Shown here in pieces: positions 1 to 9,830 of a stretch of DNA of 64,000 bases; within the stretch, counting starts at the first letter, position 1, and the number at the start of each line of letters is the position of its first letter. Made by a program: the position numbers and the translations under genes. The notes under the pieces are model-generated. The model searched no databases. It saw only the letters and a list, made by a program, of their open reading frames with translations, and was not told where the DNA came from. Source of the DNA: Capsulimonadales bacterium (GTDB lineage: Bacteria; Armatimonadota; Armatimonadia; Armatimonadales; Armatimonadaceae); assembly GCA_033762295.1 (NCBI GenBank), contig JANRLW010000069.1, positions 32,001-96,000 on the forward strand, in the 5' to 3' direction.

Positions 1-681
1 AACGACGACCGCCAGGGCGATAAAACCGCGACCGCTGGTCATACCCTCGGTAAAGGTGCTGGCGATACCGATGGACAGGGACGCCCCGCCGAGTCCGCAG
101 AGCGCGCCGGTCGCCAGAGTGGTCAGCGTCCGCAGAACGTTGACCCGTGCGCCCGCCGCGGCTGCGGCCGCCGGTACCTCGCCGGTGGCTCGAATCGTCA
201 CGCCGAACCGGGTACGAAACAGCAGCCCGTGGGCGACCGGCACCAGAAGCAACGCGAGCAGGGTCAGCGCATTGACCGCCGTGCCGCCGTTGCCGAAAAG
301 GGCCGGAATCGTCTTCGCCGGAATTACCCTGCCTCCTCCCCCGGTCCAAGCGCGGTAAACCATCCCGGTTAACCCGAGGGCAAGGAAGTTGACGGTCGTT
401 CCGACGATGACCTGATCGCGTTTCAGGCCGATCGCGAACAGGGCGAAAAGAGCGGAAACGACGGTAGCCGCCAGCATCGCCCAGACGACTCCGATCATGG
501 GGTCGCCGGTGATCGCCGATCCCATAATCGCCGCCAGGGCGCCCACCAGCATCAGCCCCTCCAGACCGATGTTGATGACGCCGGATCGCTCCGAGAAGAC
601 CTCGCCCAGAGCCGCGAACAGAAACGGTGCGCCGTAGGTGAGGCTCTGCAGGGCGAAGGCCAGAATCAGCGCCGTGTTCAT
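1..681 (-). CDS. ABC transporter permease, nucleoside/sugar (NupC/YufQ-like), runs off the window edge
   Basis: Not in the ORF track. Read manually from ATG at 681, which overlaps the upstream stop (ATGA): MNTALILAFALQSLTYGAPFLFAALGEVFSERSGVINIGLEG...GRGFIALA. ERSGVINIGLEG and GRGFIALA are BPD_transp_2 permease motifs. Confidence 0.9.
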   Translation of the reverse strand, partial: MNTALILAFALQSLTYGAPFLFAALGEVFSERSGVINIGLEGLMLVGALAAIMGSAITGDPMIGVVWAMLAATVVSALFALFAIGLKRDQVIVGTTVNFLALGLTGMVYRAWTGGGGRVIPAKTIPALFGNGGTAVNALTLLALLLVPVAHGLLFRTRFGVTIRATGEVPAAAAAAGARVNVLRTLTTLATGALCGLGGASLSIGIASTFTEGMTSGRGFIALAVVV

Positions 682-1727
682 CGGACGCCTCCGGCTGTTT
701 GTGACTGACGCTCGCGTACGCGGGCGTAGGCCAGAAGGGAGAAGAGCGCGACCGCCTGGAGCACCTGCACCACCACCGAGGAGACGCCGGGAATGCTCTG
801 TTGAACGGCGGGACCACCGGTGGTCAGCGCGCCGAAAAACAGGGCGGACGGAATTACGCTGAGCGGGGAAAGGTTGGCGATCAGTGCGACGGCGATCGCC
901 GTGTAACCGTACCCCGGCGAGAAACCTTCCGACAGTCGGTACAGAACGCCGGTAACCTGAATGGCTCCCGCCAGTCCGGACAGCGCGCCGGAAAGCAGAA
1001 AGGTCTCGATCATCGTTCTCCGAACCGGGATACCGGCGGCTTCGGCCGCCGCCGGACCCGCGCCGACGACCCGAAGCGCGAATCCGCCCACCGTCCAGCG
1101 CAGGTAGGCCCAGACCACGACGGCCAGCAGCAAGGCGAGGACGGCGCCGCTGTGCAGGCGCGTGCCGGGAATCAGGAGCGACAGACGGGCCGGAATCAGC
1201 AGGGGATCGGATTGGGGAAACGCTTTCTCCGCCTCCTGTAACGGCCCACGGACCATCCAGGCCAGCATCTGGATCGCGACGAAGTTCAAAAGAAGGGAAC
1301 TGAGCACTTCCTGGACGCCGCGATACAGGCGGAGCAGACCGGCGATACCGGACCAGAGAGCGCCCGCGCCGGCACCGGCGAGAAGAGCCATCGGCAGCAG
1401 AAGGGGAGCGGGCAACGGCGACGTTCCCGCCCATGTCGCGGCCATCGCTCCGACCAGTAACTGCCCTTCCGCGCCGATATTGAACAGCTGACAGCGAAAG
1501 GAAAGGGCGACCGCCAACCCCGTCAGCAGAAGCGGCACGGTCTGGACCAGAGTGTCGGCGGCATTATACGGAGAACCGAACGCGCCCTGCCAGAGGGCCG
1601 CCGCGACCGACAGCGGCGACGCGCCGACCAGCAGGATCACCAGAGCGAGCGCGAACAACCCGCCGGACAGACACACTGCCAGCAGGCCCGCGCTGCGAAG
1701 GGTTTCGGCGGCGGAACGCGCGTTCAT
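678..1727 (-). CDS. ABC transporter permease, nucleoside/sugar (NupB/YufP-like)
   Basis: Hydrophobic protein with LFNIGAEGQ and GYGYTAIAVAL motifs; coupled to its neighbours by ATGA overlaps. Confidence 0.9.
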   Translation of the reverse strand: MNARSAAETLRSAGLLAVCLSGGLFALALVILLVGASPLSVAAALWQGAFGSPYNAADTLVQTVPLLLTGLAVALSFRCQLFNIGAEGQLLVGAMAATWAGTSPLPAPLLLPMALLAGAGAGALWSGIAGLLRLYRGVQEVLSSLLLNFVAIQMLAWMVRGPLQEAEKAFPQSDPLLIPARLSLLIPGTRLHSGAVLALLLAVVVWAYLRWTVGGFALRVVGAGPAAAEAAGIPVRRTMIETFLLSGALSGLAGAIQVTGVLYRLSEGFSPGYGYTAIAVALIANLSPLSVIPSALFFGALTTGGPAVQQSIPGVSSVVVQVLQAVALFSLLAYARVRERQSQTAGGVR

Positions 1728-3304
1728 CCGGCAACCCCCTGTCCGCCCATCAGGAGGCCGAAGGTCTCGCGGGAGGTGGTGGGAGGTACGATACCGGTGA
1801 TGCGGCCTTCGTACAGAACGGCCACCCGGTCGGCGAGTGTCAGAATCTCCTCCAGTTCGGTGGATATCAGAACGATGGCCGCCCCTTCGTCCCGTGCGCG
1901 TCTCAACGCGTCGTAGACGAAGGCGATGGCCCCGACATCCAGGCCGCGGGTCGGATTGACCGCGATCACCGCCCGGGGCGTATCGGCCAGCGCACGAGCG
2001 ATGACGACCTTCTGCTGGTTGCCGCCGGACAGCGACCGCGTCAGGGCATCCGGTCCGGACGCCCGGATATCGAAGCGCGCGATCAGGCCCGCCGCACGCC
2101 GGGTCAGAGCGGGCCAGAGCAGGATCGGACCCCGTCGGTACTCCGCCTTATCGTACGCTCCGAGGGCCACATTCTCGGTAATGCTCATCGGCAGCGCAAG
2201 TCCGCGCCGCTGCCGGTCCGCCGGAATGATCGCGATTCCGTTGCGGCGAAACGCCGCCGGGGCGACTGGCAAGGAGACGCCATCCAGAAGAACCGCGCCG
2301 CGGTCGGGCCGCTGAAGGCCCGACAGGCAGTCGGCCAGTTCTCCCTGTCCGTTGCCATCCACCCCGGCGATACCGAAGATTTCCCCGGCAGCCACATCAA
2401 ACCGGATTTCCGTGAGGCGGTTCCGATGCTGTCCCAATTCCGGCCCGAGCGACAGATCGACGGAAAGACGCGGGGCTTCGCCGGTCGTCGTCCGTCGCCC
2501 GGACGAATCCGGCGGCGAGGCGTTCAGGAGCAGGGCCGCCTCGGAATCCTCGCCGACCATCGCCCGCGCCAGCCCGGTGGCATCGGTGGCATCGGTCGTC
2601 GTACGAAAGACCACTTTCCCCCGCCGCAGGACGGTGACCCGTCCGGCGAGGTCACGGACCTCGTTCAGCTTGTGCGAAATGAAAACGATGCCGCGCCCCT
2701 CTTCGGCAAGGCGACGAATCGTGTCGAACAACTCCGGTGTTTCGGTCGGTGTCAGGACGGCGGTGGGTTCGTCAAAGATCAGGAGACGGGTTTCGCCGCG
2801 CAACGCTTTAAGGATCTCGATGCGCTGCTGGGTGCCGACCGGAAGCCGCCCCGCCAGCGAATCCCAGGGAATGTTCCAACCCAGGCGATCGGCCACGGCG
2901 CGGGCCTGTTCCACGGTCCGCTGCAGCGGATAGGAGAGCGGTCCGCCGAAGGAGCGTTCCGCGCTGAGCAGGAGGTTTTCACGCACCGTCAGTGTCGGAA
3001 CCAGAAGGAAATGCTGATGGACCATGCCGATCCCGGCGCGTTCGGCGTCGGACGGCGAGGAGAAGCGAACCGCGGTTCCGTCGAGCAGAATCCTTCCCTC
3101 GGTCGGGCGCAGAAGCCCGGAGAGGATGTTCATCAGGGTCGATTTGCCCGCGCCGTTCTCGCCCAGAAGCGCATGGATCTCGCCGGATCGAATCTCGAAG
3201 TCGACGTGGTCCAGAGCGACGAAGGCGCCGAAACGTTTGACGATTTGTTCGGCGGCGAGAAGGGGTACGGATGGGGGCGTTTGGACGGACGGTGTCGGAT
3301 GCAT
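1724..3304 (-). CDS. ABC transporter ATP-binding protein, tandem NBD (NupA/YufO-like)
   Basis: GENGAGKST, FDEPT, GVDGNGQ, LSGGNQQK and NPTRGLD motifs. Start placed at MHPTP (3304). Confidence 0.92.
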   Translation of the reverse strand: MHPTPSVQTPPSVPLLAAEQIVKRFGAFVALDHVDFEIRSGEIHALLGENGAGKSTLMNILSGLLRPTEGRILLDGTAVRFSSPSDAERAGIGMVHQHFLLVPTLTVRENLLLSAERSFGGPLSYPLQRTVEQARAVADRLGWNIPWDSLAGRLPVGTQQRIEILKALRGETRLLIFDEPTAVLTPTETPELFDTIRRLAEEGRGIVFISHKLNEVRDLAGRVTVLRRGKVVFRTTTDATDATGLARAMVGEDSEAALLLNASPPDSSGRRTTTGEAPRLSVDLSLGPELGQHRNRLTEIRFDVAAGEIFGIAGVDGNGQGELADCLSGLQRPDRGAVLLDGVSLPVAPAAFRRNGIAIIPADRQRRGLALPMSITENVALGAYDKAEYRRGPILLWPALTRRAAGLIARFDIRASGPDALTRSLSGGNQQKVVIARALADTPRAVIAVNPTRGLDVGAIAFVYDALRRARDEGAAIVLISTELEEILTLADRVAVLYEGRITGIVPPTTSRETFGLLMGGQGVAG

Positions 3305-3425
3305 CGCTTGCTTCTGGAGTATACACTCCCTAACGCGCGGCGGCGGAAAAAGTGTCCGAAATTCGTCCCGAAAAACCATTCGCCCCGACCAATGAACGGT
3401 CGGGGCGAGGAGATGCCGTCCGGAT

Positions 3426-4514
3426 TCAACCGTTCGGGTTCAGTTCGCCGTTCGACATGGCGGCCTCCGCCTTCGTCATCCTGTCTTTCAGTTCGGCGGG
3501 GATCGTCCCGGCAAACCGGTCGTTGAATTTGAAGCCGACCGCCTTATCCTTCAGACCGGCCGCGTACGCCTCGCCGGGATTGGCGCCTTCCTTGATCTCG
3601 CGCGCGACGCCGACGATCGCCGAGGGAACATCGAGAATGAAGGACCCGAGATTTTTCGGCGTCGCCTTATCGCTCTGGTCCGAGTTCGCGCCGATCACCA
3701 TCGCGCCTTCCTTCGCCGAGACCGCTTCGAAGACGCCTTCGCCGGCATCGTTGGCGTTATGCATCAGGACATCCGCGCCGGCGTCCAGCAACGCCTGCGC
3801 CTGCTGCTTCGCCTTCGCGACATCCTTGCCGTCCCCGGTAAAGGTCGTCGTCACCTTGACATCCGGGCGGACCGCCTTCGCGCCGTTCTCAAAAGCCTGG
3901 AACGCTTCCTTGATGATCGGTATTTCCGGCCCCCCGACGAGACCGATCTTGCCCGTTTTGGTCATGCCGCCCGCCAGCATCCCGGCGAGATAGGTGGCCT
4001 GCCCGGAGGCGAACCGGATCGGTTTGAGGTTTTTGCCGACGGATTTGCCGCCGGTCACGACGAAGGTCGTATTCGGGAACTGGTCTGCCGCCGTTTTGGC
4101 GGCGTCATCATACTCGGAACCGTGTGCGTAAACGATCGTGCATCCCTGCCCGGCCAGATCGCGCAGGACCTTCTCCACCTGCGCCAGAGCCGGGCTTTCG
4201 ACGGCGGGAAGCACCTCGGCGGAGAGTTCCGTCTTCACCCGTTGCAGGCCATCGTTGGCCGGTCCGCTCCAGGCTCGGTCGCTGATCTGACCGGGAACGA
4301 TCATACCGGCCTTGAGCGCTCCGGTCGCCGTCGTACCGGCCGAGGCGTCCGGGGATGCCGGGGACGCGGCGGCGGTCGGCGAACCGGCGGAGGGAGAGGG
4401 CGCGGGCTCCTGCTGGGCGCAGCCGGCGGCGATCAGGGTCGCACAAACGACCCCGAGGAATCGACGACGCGGCAACGGATACCCGCCATCACGCCGAAAA
4501 GGGGAAGGGATCAA
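3426..4514 (-). CDS. BMP-family substrate-binding lipoprotein
   Basis: BMP-type motifs (YLAGMLAG, KIGLVGG, GADV, VIGANSDQ), lipobox AAGC preceded by RRRFLG, TTG start with AAGGAG upstream. Confidence 0.88.
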   Translation of the reverse strand: MIPSPFRRDGGYPLPRRRFLGVVCATLIAAGCAQQEPAPSPSAGSPTAAASPASPDASAGTTATGALKAGMIVPGQISDRAWSGPANDGLQRVKTELSAEVLPAVESPALAQVEKVLRDLAGQGCTIVYAHGSEYDDAAKTAADQFPNTTFVVTGGKSVGKNLKPIRFASGQATYLAGMLAGGMTKTGKIGLVGGPEIPIIKEAFQAFENGAKAVRPDVKVTTTFTGDGKDVAKAKQQAQALLDAGADVLMHNANDAGEGVFEAVSAKEGAMVIGANSDQSDKATPKNLGSFILDVPSAIVGVAREIKEGANPGEAYAAGLKDKAVGFKFNDRFAGTIPAELKDRMTKAEAAMSNGELNPNG

Positions 4515-4639
4515 CGCATCTGTCTCCTTAATGGATGAATACGGAGCACTTTACCTAAACGAGCGGGCCTTTGTCAACAATGCAGTTTTTCACTACCGAA
4601 GCGCGAAACCTGCCGCCCGTGGGCGCAATCGAAACTAGT

Positions 4640-5149
4640 ATGGATGGTAGTGCATTTAGTTCTGCAAGTCCCTGGTTCGTCGGCGGAATGGCGGCGGGAA
4701 CCGCGATGGCTACCCTGTTCGCCACCTGGATAACCGCGCACGTCCGGCGTCGATCCGTGCGTCGAAGCGATCGTGTCCGGCGAGTGGTCGGGGAGAACGG
4801 GGGCAGGACCACCGCCCGTCCGCTGCTGGATGGACACTACCGTGGACGGTCCGTCCGACTCACACAATCGGGGGATTGGACTCACGTAACGGTGACGGCA
4901 CGGAATGTGTCGGGAATCTTCGCGGAGTTCGATAACCGGAGCGACCGGTCCGTGGACTGGCTGACGCCGTCCTGCCGCAAGCGACTGAATGCCGTCGCCG
5001 CCCGCTGGTCGGTCGCCGTTCGCGGGAGAACCATCCTTCTTGGCTGTCTCGATGTGCAAGGTCCGGAACGGATCCGGTTCGCCCTCGATGTCGCCTGTGA
5101 CCTGGCCGATGTGATAGATTGGAATGAGTCCGTCACGCTTCGGGAGTAG
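4640..5149 (+). CDS. Hypothetical protein with an N-terminal TM segment
   Basis: Fills the gap between genes and has one hydrophobic segment; no recognisable family. Confidence 0.5.
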   Translation: MDGSAFSSASPWFVGGMAAGTAMATLFATWITAHVRRRSVRRSDRVRRVVGENGGRTTARPLLDGHYRGRSVRLTQSGDWTHVTVTARNVSGIFAEFDNRSDRSVDWLTPSCRKRLNAVAARWSVAVRGRTILLGCLDVQGPERIRFALDVACDLADVIDWNESVTLRE

Positions 5150-5194
5150 CGGTTTTTGTCCGATCTCGTCGTGTCCGACGGGCATGGCCCGTTC

Positions 5195-5737
5195 ATGAAC
5201 AAATCGAATTCCCTTCTGGCCGCACTGTTCGCGTTGCTGTTCTGCACCGCCCTTCTGATCGCCGTTCCGGTTCTGGGGCCGAGTTTCCGCGAAGTCCTGA
5301 ACCGCGCCGAGCGCGTCCGCTTTCCGTTCGAGAATCCCGATCTGCTCTACAGGGAGGCGGAGACGCGGTACTACTCCGGGGACCTGGGAATGGCGCACGA
5401 CATCGCGCGGCGGGCATTGATGGTCGAACCGGAGTTCGTTCCGGCCTACAAACTTCTGGCAGCCATCTACTTCAAGGAGAGGAAGTACGCCGCCGCCGAA
5501 GCCTCCTGCCGTAGCGCGGCGGCCCTCGCCCCCGAGGACAATACGATTCGAATCGCGCTGGGACGGACGCTGGAACAGCAAGGACGGCTGGCAGAGGCCG
5601 CCGAGACCTACCGACAGGTCGCCGACGACCGCCACGCGACGGCCGAACAGAAGGCGGAGGCGGTCACCCGTCCGGAAACGCAAGGAACCGACGCGCCGGA
5701 TACCGACACCGCTCGAGCCCTCCTTCCCACCCGTTAA
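5195..5737 (+). CDS. Membrane-anchored tetratricopeptide-repeat protein
   Basis: N-terminal TM/signal segment followed by TPR-like helices (ALMVEPEFVPAYKLLAAIY, ALAPEDNTIRIALGRTLEQQGRLAEA). Confidence 0.75.
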   Translation: MNKSNSLLAALFALLFCTALLIAVPVLGPSFREVLNRAERVRFPFENPDLLYREAETRYYSGDLGMAHDIARRALMVEPEFVPAYKLLAAIYFKERKYAAAEASCRSAAALAPEDNTIRIALGRTLEQQGRLAEAAETYRQVADDRHATAEQKAEAVTRPETQGTDAPDTDTARALLPTR

Positions 5738-5755
5738 CATAGGTCGGCCAACGAA

Positions 5756-5764
5756 TGCTATAAT
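5756..5764 (+). promoter_or_regulatory. Extended -10 promoter (TGCTATAAT) for the phosphohexomutase
   Basis: Perfect TGn-TATAAT about 85 nt upstream of the ATG in a GC-rich background. Confidence 0.6.
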
Positions 5765-5848
5765 GGTGCCTGACGGGCGTCGGGCGATCGATTGTCCGTC
5801 AATAATTGATGGGAACCTGCTTTCCGGTCCTCCGGACAAATAACCGTT

Positions 5849-7282
5849 ATGCCTACAATCGCTCAGGAAGTTACCTTCAAGTTCGGAACCGACGGCTGGC
5901 GCGGCATTATCGCCGATGATTTCACCGTTCGGGGAGTGGAATTTGTTACCCAGGCCGTCTGCGATCTCGTCCTGTCCGGCAGTGAAAAAACTCCTGGCAC
6001 GGGAATCGTGGTCGGTTACGATCGACGTGCGCAGTCCGAGGTGTTCGGCGCGGCTGCGGCGCGGGTGGTGGCCGCCAACGGCATCCCGGTATATCTGACG
6101 GAAACGGCCTGTACCTCTCCGATGGTATCGTTCGCCTGTGTCGACCGGAAGGCCGCCGCCGGCATCATGATCACGGCATCGCACAATCCGCCCCAGTTCA
6201 ACGGCTTCAAGATCAAGGGGTATTTCGGCGGCTCCGCGATCCCCGAAATGGTGCGGGAGATCGAAACATCGCTCGCGGAACTCCTGCGGTCGGGCCGCGA
6301 ACCGCGACGGTCCGGCGTCGCTCCGGCTCCCGTCGACCTTTCGTCCCGCTTTCTGGAACATTGTCGGGATTTCGTGGACGCGGCGGCGATTCGGAACGCC
6401 GGGTTCAAGGTGATCGTCGACCCGATGCACGGCTCCGGGGCGGGCTACCTGACCGGCATTCTGCGCGATTGGGGCGTCGATGTCACCGAAATCCGGGGCG
6501 AGCGAAACCCGTACTTTGGCGGCGTCAACCCGGAGCCGATCGACCGGAACATGGAGGCGTTGTTCGAGGCGGTGCGGGTCGCCGGGGCCGACGTCGGCAT
6601 CTGTATGGACGGCGATGCGGACCGGATCGGCGCGTGCGACAGCCAGGGACGTTACGTCGACTGTCACCGACTGATCGCGATCCTGCTTCGGCATCTGGTC
6701 GAGCGAAAACAGCAACGAGGGACCGTCATTCGGACCGTCTCCGTTTCGCGGATGATCGACAAACTCTGCGCCCATTATGATCTGGTGATGCGCGAAGTGC
6801 CGATCGGGTTTAAGAATATCGCCGACATCATGCTCAGGGAGGATGTCCTGATCGGCGGTGAGGAGAGTGGCGGCATCGGGATCAAGGGGCATATCCCGGA
6901 ACGGGACGGCATCCTGATGGGGCTGGTCATCCTCGAGGCGATGGCCGTGTCCGGAAAACGGCTGGAGGAACTTCTGGCGGAGGTTTTCGACCTCACCGGA
7001 GCCCATGAATTCGCCCGGACGGACCTGCATCTGAAGGCGGAGCGGATGCCTGCCGTTCTGTCCCTGGTCAGGGGACTGGAGGCCGGGGAGTTTGCCGGAG
7101 CGGCGGTTCGCGACGTTTTCAAACTGGACGGCTCCCGACTGGATTTCACCGACGGGTCCTGGCTTCTGCTGCGCCCGTCCGGCACCGAACCCGTGGTGCG
7201 TGTCTACGCGGAAGCGGCGACGATGGAACGGGCACGGCAACTGGTGGACGAAGGCGTTTCGCTGCTGGAAAACACCGTTTGA
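5849..7282 (+). CDS. Phosphoglucomutase/phosphomannomutase family protein
   Basis: FGTDGWRG, ITASHNP (phospho-Ser), DGDADR, GEESGG and RPSGTEP motifs. Confidence 0.95.
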   Translation: MPTIAQEVTFKFGTDGWRGIIADDFTVRGVEFVTQAVCDLVLSGSEKTPGTGIVVGYDRRAQSEVFGAAAARVVAANGIPVYLTETACTSPMVSFACVDRKAAAGIMITASHNPPQFNGFKIKGYFGGSAIPEMVREIETSLAELLRSGREPRRSGVAPAPVDLSSRFLEHCRDFVDAAAIRNAGFKVIVDPMHGSGAGYLTGILRDWGVDVTEIRGERNPYFGGVNPEPIDRNMEALFEAVRVAGADVGICMDGDADRIGACDSQGRYVDCHRLIAILLRHLVERKQQRGTVIRTVSVSRMIDKLCAHYDLVMREVPIGFKNIADIMLREDVLIGGEESGGIGIKGHIPERDGILMGLVILEAMAVSGKRLEELLAEVFDLTGAHEFARTDLHLKAERMPAVLSLVRGLEAGEFAGAAVRDVFKLDGSRLDFTDGSWLLLRPSGTEPVVRVYAEAATMERARQLVDEGVSLLENTV

Positions 7283-7367
7283 CGTGCGATCGATGCTGTC
7301 CGGTGCGCGCACCGGGCAGGACCGATTCCGGGCGTGAGACGCGGCCGGGAGTTATAATGGTATCGTC

Positions 7368-9755
7368 ATGGCTACCCCCGGCTTCCCCGATCGTCGGGAT
7401 TTCGACCCCGGAACGCCGATCGCCACCCTGGAATGCGTGATCGAGCGCGTCACCTTCCACAACGAGGAGAACGGCTACTCCGTCGTCAAAGTGCTCCCCG
7501 CCGAAGCGAAAGCGAAGGCCAAAGGGGACGTTATCACCGTTCTTGGCAGCTTCACGAACCCGATCGTCGGCGAGTCGCTGCGCTGCCACGGTCAGTGGAT
7601 CAAACACCCGCAGTACGGTCCGCAGTTCAAAATGGAGCGGTACGAAACGCTGCGTCCGGCGACCGCCGCCGCTATCGAGAAGTACCTGGGCTCCGGAATG
7701 GTCAAGGGCATCGGGCCGAAGATGGCCGAGCGGATCGTCAAAAAATTCGGCGAACGGGCGCTCGATATCATCGAGGAGAAGCCGGAAAAGCTGCTTGCCG
7801 TGGCCGGATTGGGCCAGAAGCGGATCGACATGATTCGCAAGGCGTGGGACGAGCAGAAGGAAGTGCGCGCGATTATGCTCTTCCTTCAGGGGCATGGCGT
7901 CAGTCCGACCTACGCCGTCAAGATTTACCGCTTTTACAAGGACCGATCGATCGAGGTCGTCGAGCGGAACCCGTTCCAGCTGGCCACCGATATCTGGGGA
8001 ATCGGCTTCAAATCCGCCGACAAAATCGCGCTCAACCTCGGGTTTGCTCCGGATGATCCGCGCCGCCTGGAGGCCGGGATCGTCTATGTCCTGAATCAGG
8101 AGATGGAGGGTGGCGGTCACTGCTTCCTGCCGCGCGAAATGCTAATTGTGAAAGCCTGCGAGATTTTGCTCCCGAAGACCGCTCCCGAAGGGGACGAGGA
8201 AGCGGAAGCCGCGCTGGCGCAGCGCGCGCGCGCAATCGAGGCGTCGGTCGATTCGCTGGTGGAGCGGGAACTGCTGGTGTCCGAGGAGATCGATGCCGAC
8301 GGCCTCCGGGAAACGGCGATCTACACACCGAGCATTTTCAAAACCGAGAAGCTGCTCGCCGAACGGATTCAGCAACTGTTGCGCCCCGCCCTCCGGACAC
8401 CGCTCAAACCGGCGGAGATCGACGCTCTGGTTCGTGACCTGCCGGGGTATGACGTTCTGTCCGACGAGCAAAAATTTGCCGTCCGATGCGCTCTGTCCGA
8501 TACCATTCTGGTGCTGACCGGTGGCCCTGGTGTAGGTAAGACGTTTACCACTAAAGTTATCGTTTCAGCGTTTGAAAAACTTGGCAAACGTCTTCAGATC
8601 GCGTCGCCGACGGGACGGGCGGCGAAGCGGGCGGCGGAGGTGACCGGACGGGAAGCGAAGACGATCCACCGCCTTCTGGTCTGGGACCCGGAGAAACGCG
8701 CCTTCAAAGCCGGGCCGGGGGAACCGCTCGAACTCGATGTCCTGATCGTCGATGAGTCGTCGATGCTCGATCTGACCCTCACGCACCACACGCTCCAGGC
8801 CGTGCCGAACGGAGCGCAGGTCATCTTCGTCGGCGATGTCGATCAGTTGCCCTCGGTCGGCCCCGGCAACGTGCTCAATGACCTGATCCGTTGCGGACGG
8901 GTGCCGGTCGCCCGCCTGACCCAGGTCTTCCGTCAGGCCGCCGCCAGCCGGATCATTACCAACGCCCATGCGATCAATCAGGGGAAGATGCCCGAACTGT
9001 TGCCGCCGTCCGCCGCGAAGGAAGGGGTCGATTGTGTCTTCCTGGAGGTCGAGGAGTCGCAGGACATCCCGGAAAAGATCGCCGCCGTGGTCGCCAAATC
9101 GCTGCCGAAACTCGGATTCTCCCCCGACGACATCACCGTGCTCGCGCCGATGCAGCGCGGCACGGTCGGCGCGAAAAACCTGAACGAGGTGCTTCAGGCC
9201 GTTCTCAACCCGCCGGACGGAACGAAGGCCGAACACCAGCGCGGTCCGATCGTCTTTCGGGTCGGCGACCGCGTGATGCAGCGGGTGAACAACTACGACA
9301 AGAACGTTTTCAACGGCGATGTCGGAAAAATTCTGGAGATCGATAAGGAAAATCAGACCGTTCTCATCGGTTACCCCGAACAGGAGGTCGAGTACGACCT
9401 GGTGGATATGGATCAGTTGAATCACGCCTTCGTATCGACGATCCATAAGAGTCAGGGCAGCGAGTACCCGGCCTGCATCATCGCGATCCATACGCAGCAC
9501 TATACGATGCTGCAGCGGAACCTGATCTACACCGGGCTGACTCGCGCCAAAAAGTTCGCCGTCTTCGTCGGGTCCAAAAGCGCGATTCAAATGGCGGTTC
9601 GCAACCGGAACGTCATTCCCCGGTTCACCCGGCTGTCGGAACGCATTCGGATGCTGGCGGAAGGACTCGGACCGGCCGGGCGATCCCGTTCGCGCGCCGA
9701 CGATCCCTCCGCCCCCTCCCTGCCGACCCCGCCGATGCCCGGACGACTTTTCTAA
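7368..9755 (+). CDS. recD2: ATP-dependent RecD-like SF1B DNA helicase (RecD2)
   Basis: N-terminal OB/HhH region (KGIGPKMA, IWGIGFKSADKIA), TGGPGVGKT, SPTGRAAKR, DESSM, GDVDQLPSVGPG, TIHKSQGSEY, YTGLTRAK. Confidence 0.95.
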   Translation: MATPGFPDRRDFDPGTPIATLECVIERVTFHNEENGYSVVKVLPAEAKAKAKGDVITVLGSFTNPIVGESLRCHGQWIKHPQYGPQFKMERYETLRPATAAAIEKYLGSGMVKGIGPKMAERIVKKFGERALDIIEEKPEKLLAVAGLGQKRIDMIRKAWDEQKEVRAIMLFLQGHGVSPTYAVKIYRFYKDRSIEVVERNPFQLATDIWGIGFKSADKIALNLGFAPDDPRRLEAGIVYVLNQEMEGGGHCFLPREMLIVKACEILLPKTAPEGDEEAEAALAQRARAIEASVDSLVERELLVSEEIDADGLRETAIYTPSIFKTEKLLAERIQQLLRPALRTPLKPAEIDALVRDLPGYDVLSDEQKFAVRCALSDTILVLTGGPGVGKTFTTKVIVSAFEKLGKRLQIASPTGRAAKRAAEVTGREAKTIHRLLVWDPEKRAFKAGPGEPLELDVLIVDESSMLDLTLTHHTLQAVPNGAQVIFVGDVDQLPSVGPGNVLNDLIRCGRVPVARLTQVFRQAAASRIITNAHAINQGKMPELLPPSAAKEGVDCVFLEVEESQDIPEKIAAVVAKSLPKLGFSPDDITVLAPMQRGTVGAKNLNEVLQAVLNPPDGTKAEHQRGPIVFRVGDRVMQRVNNYDKNVFNGDVGKILEIDKENQTVLIGYPEQEVEYDLVDMDQLNHAFVSTIHKSQGSEYPACIIAIHTQHYTMLQRNLIYTGLTRAKKFAVFVGSKSAIQMAVRNRNVIPRFTRLSERIRMLAEGLGPAGRSRSRADDPSAPSLPTPPMPGRLF

Positions 9756-9830
9756 ATTTCTCCCTGAACCGTAACTGTTCCGGGTTTCGCCCGTTCTAAT
9801 CCCTGTATGAACCTGCCGGGAGGTACGGAT

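Noticed and set aside
4574..7312. Very long antisense ORFs (912 aa here; also 34866-36737, 39765-41390, 59080-60720, 14544-16232)
   Set aside because: They are shadow frames opposite well-supported genes, expected with high GC3, and show no protein motifs.
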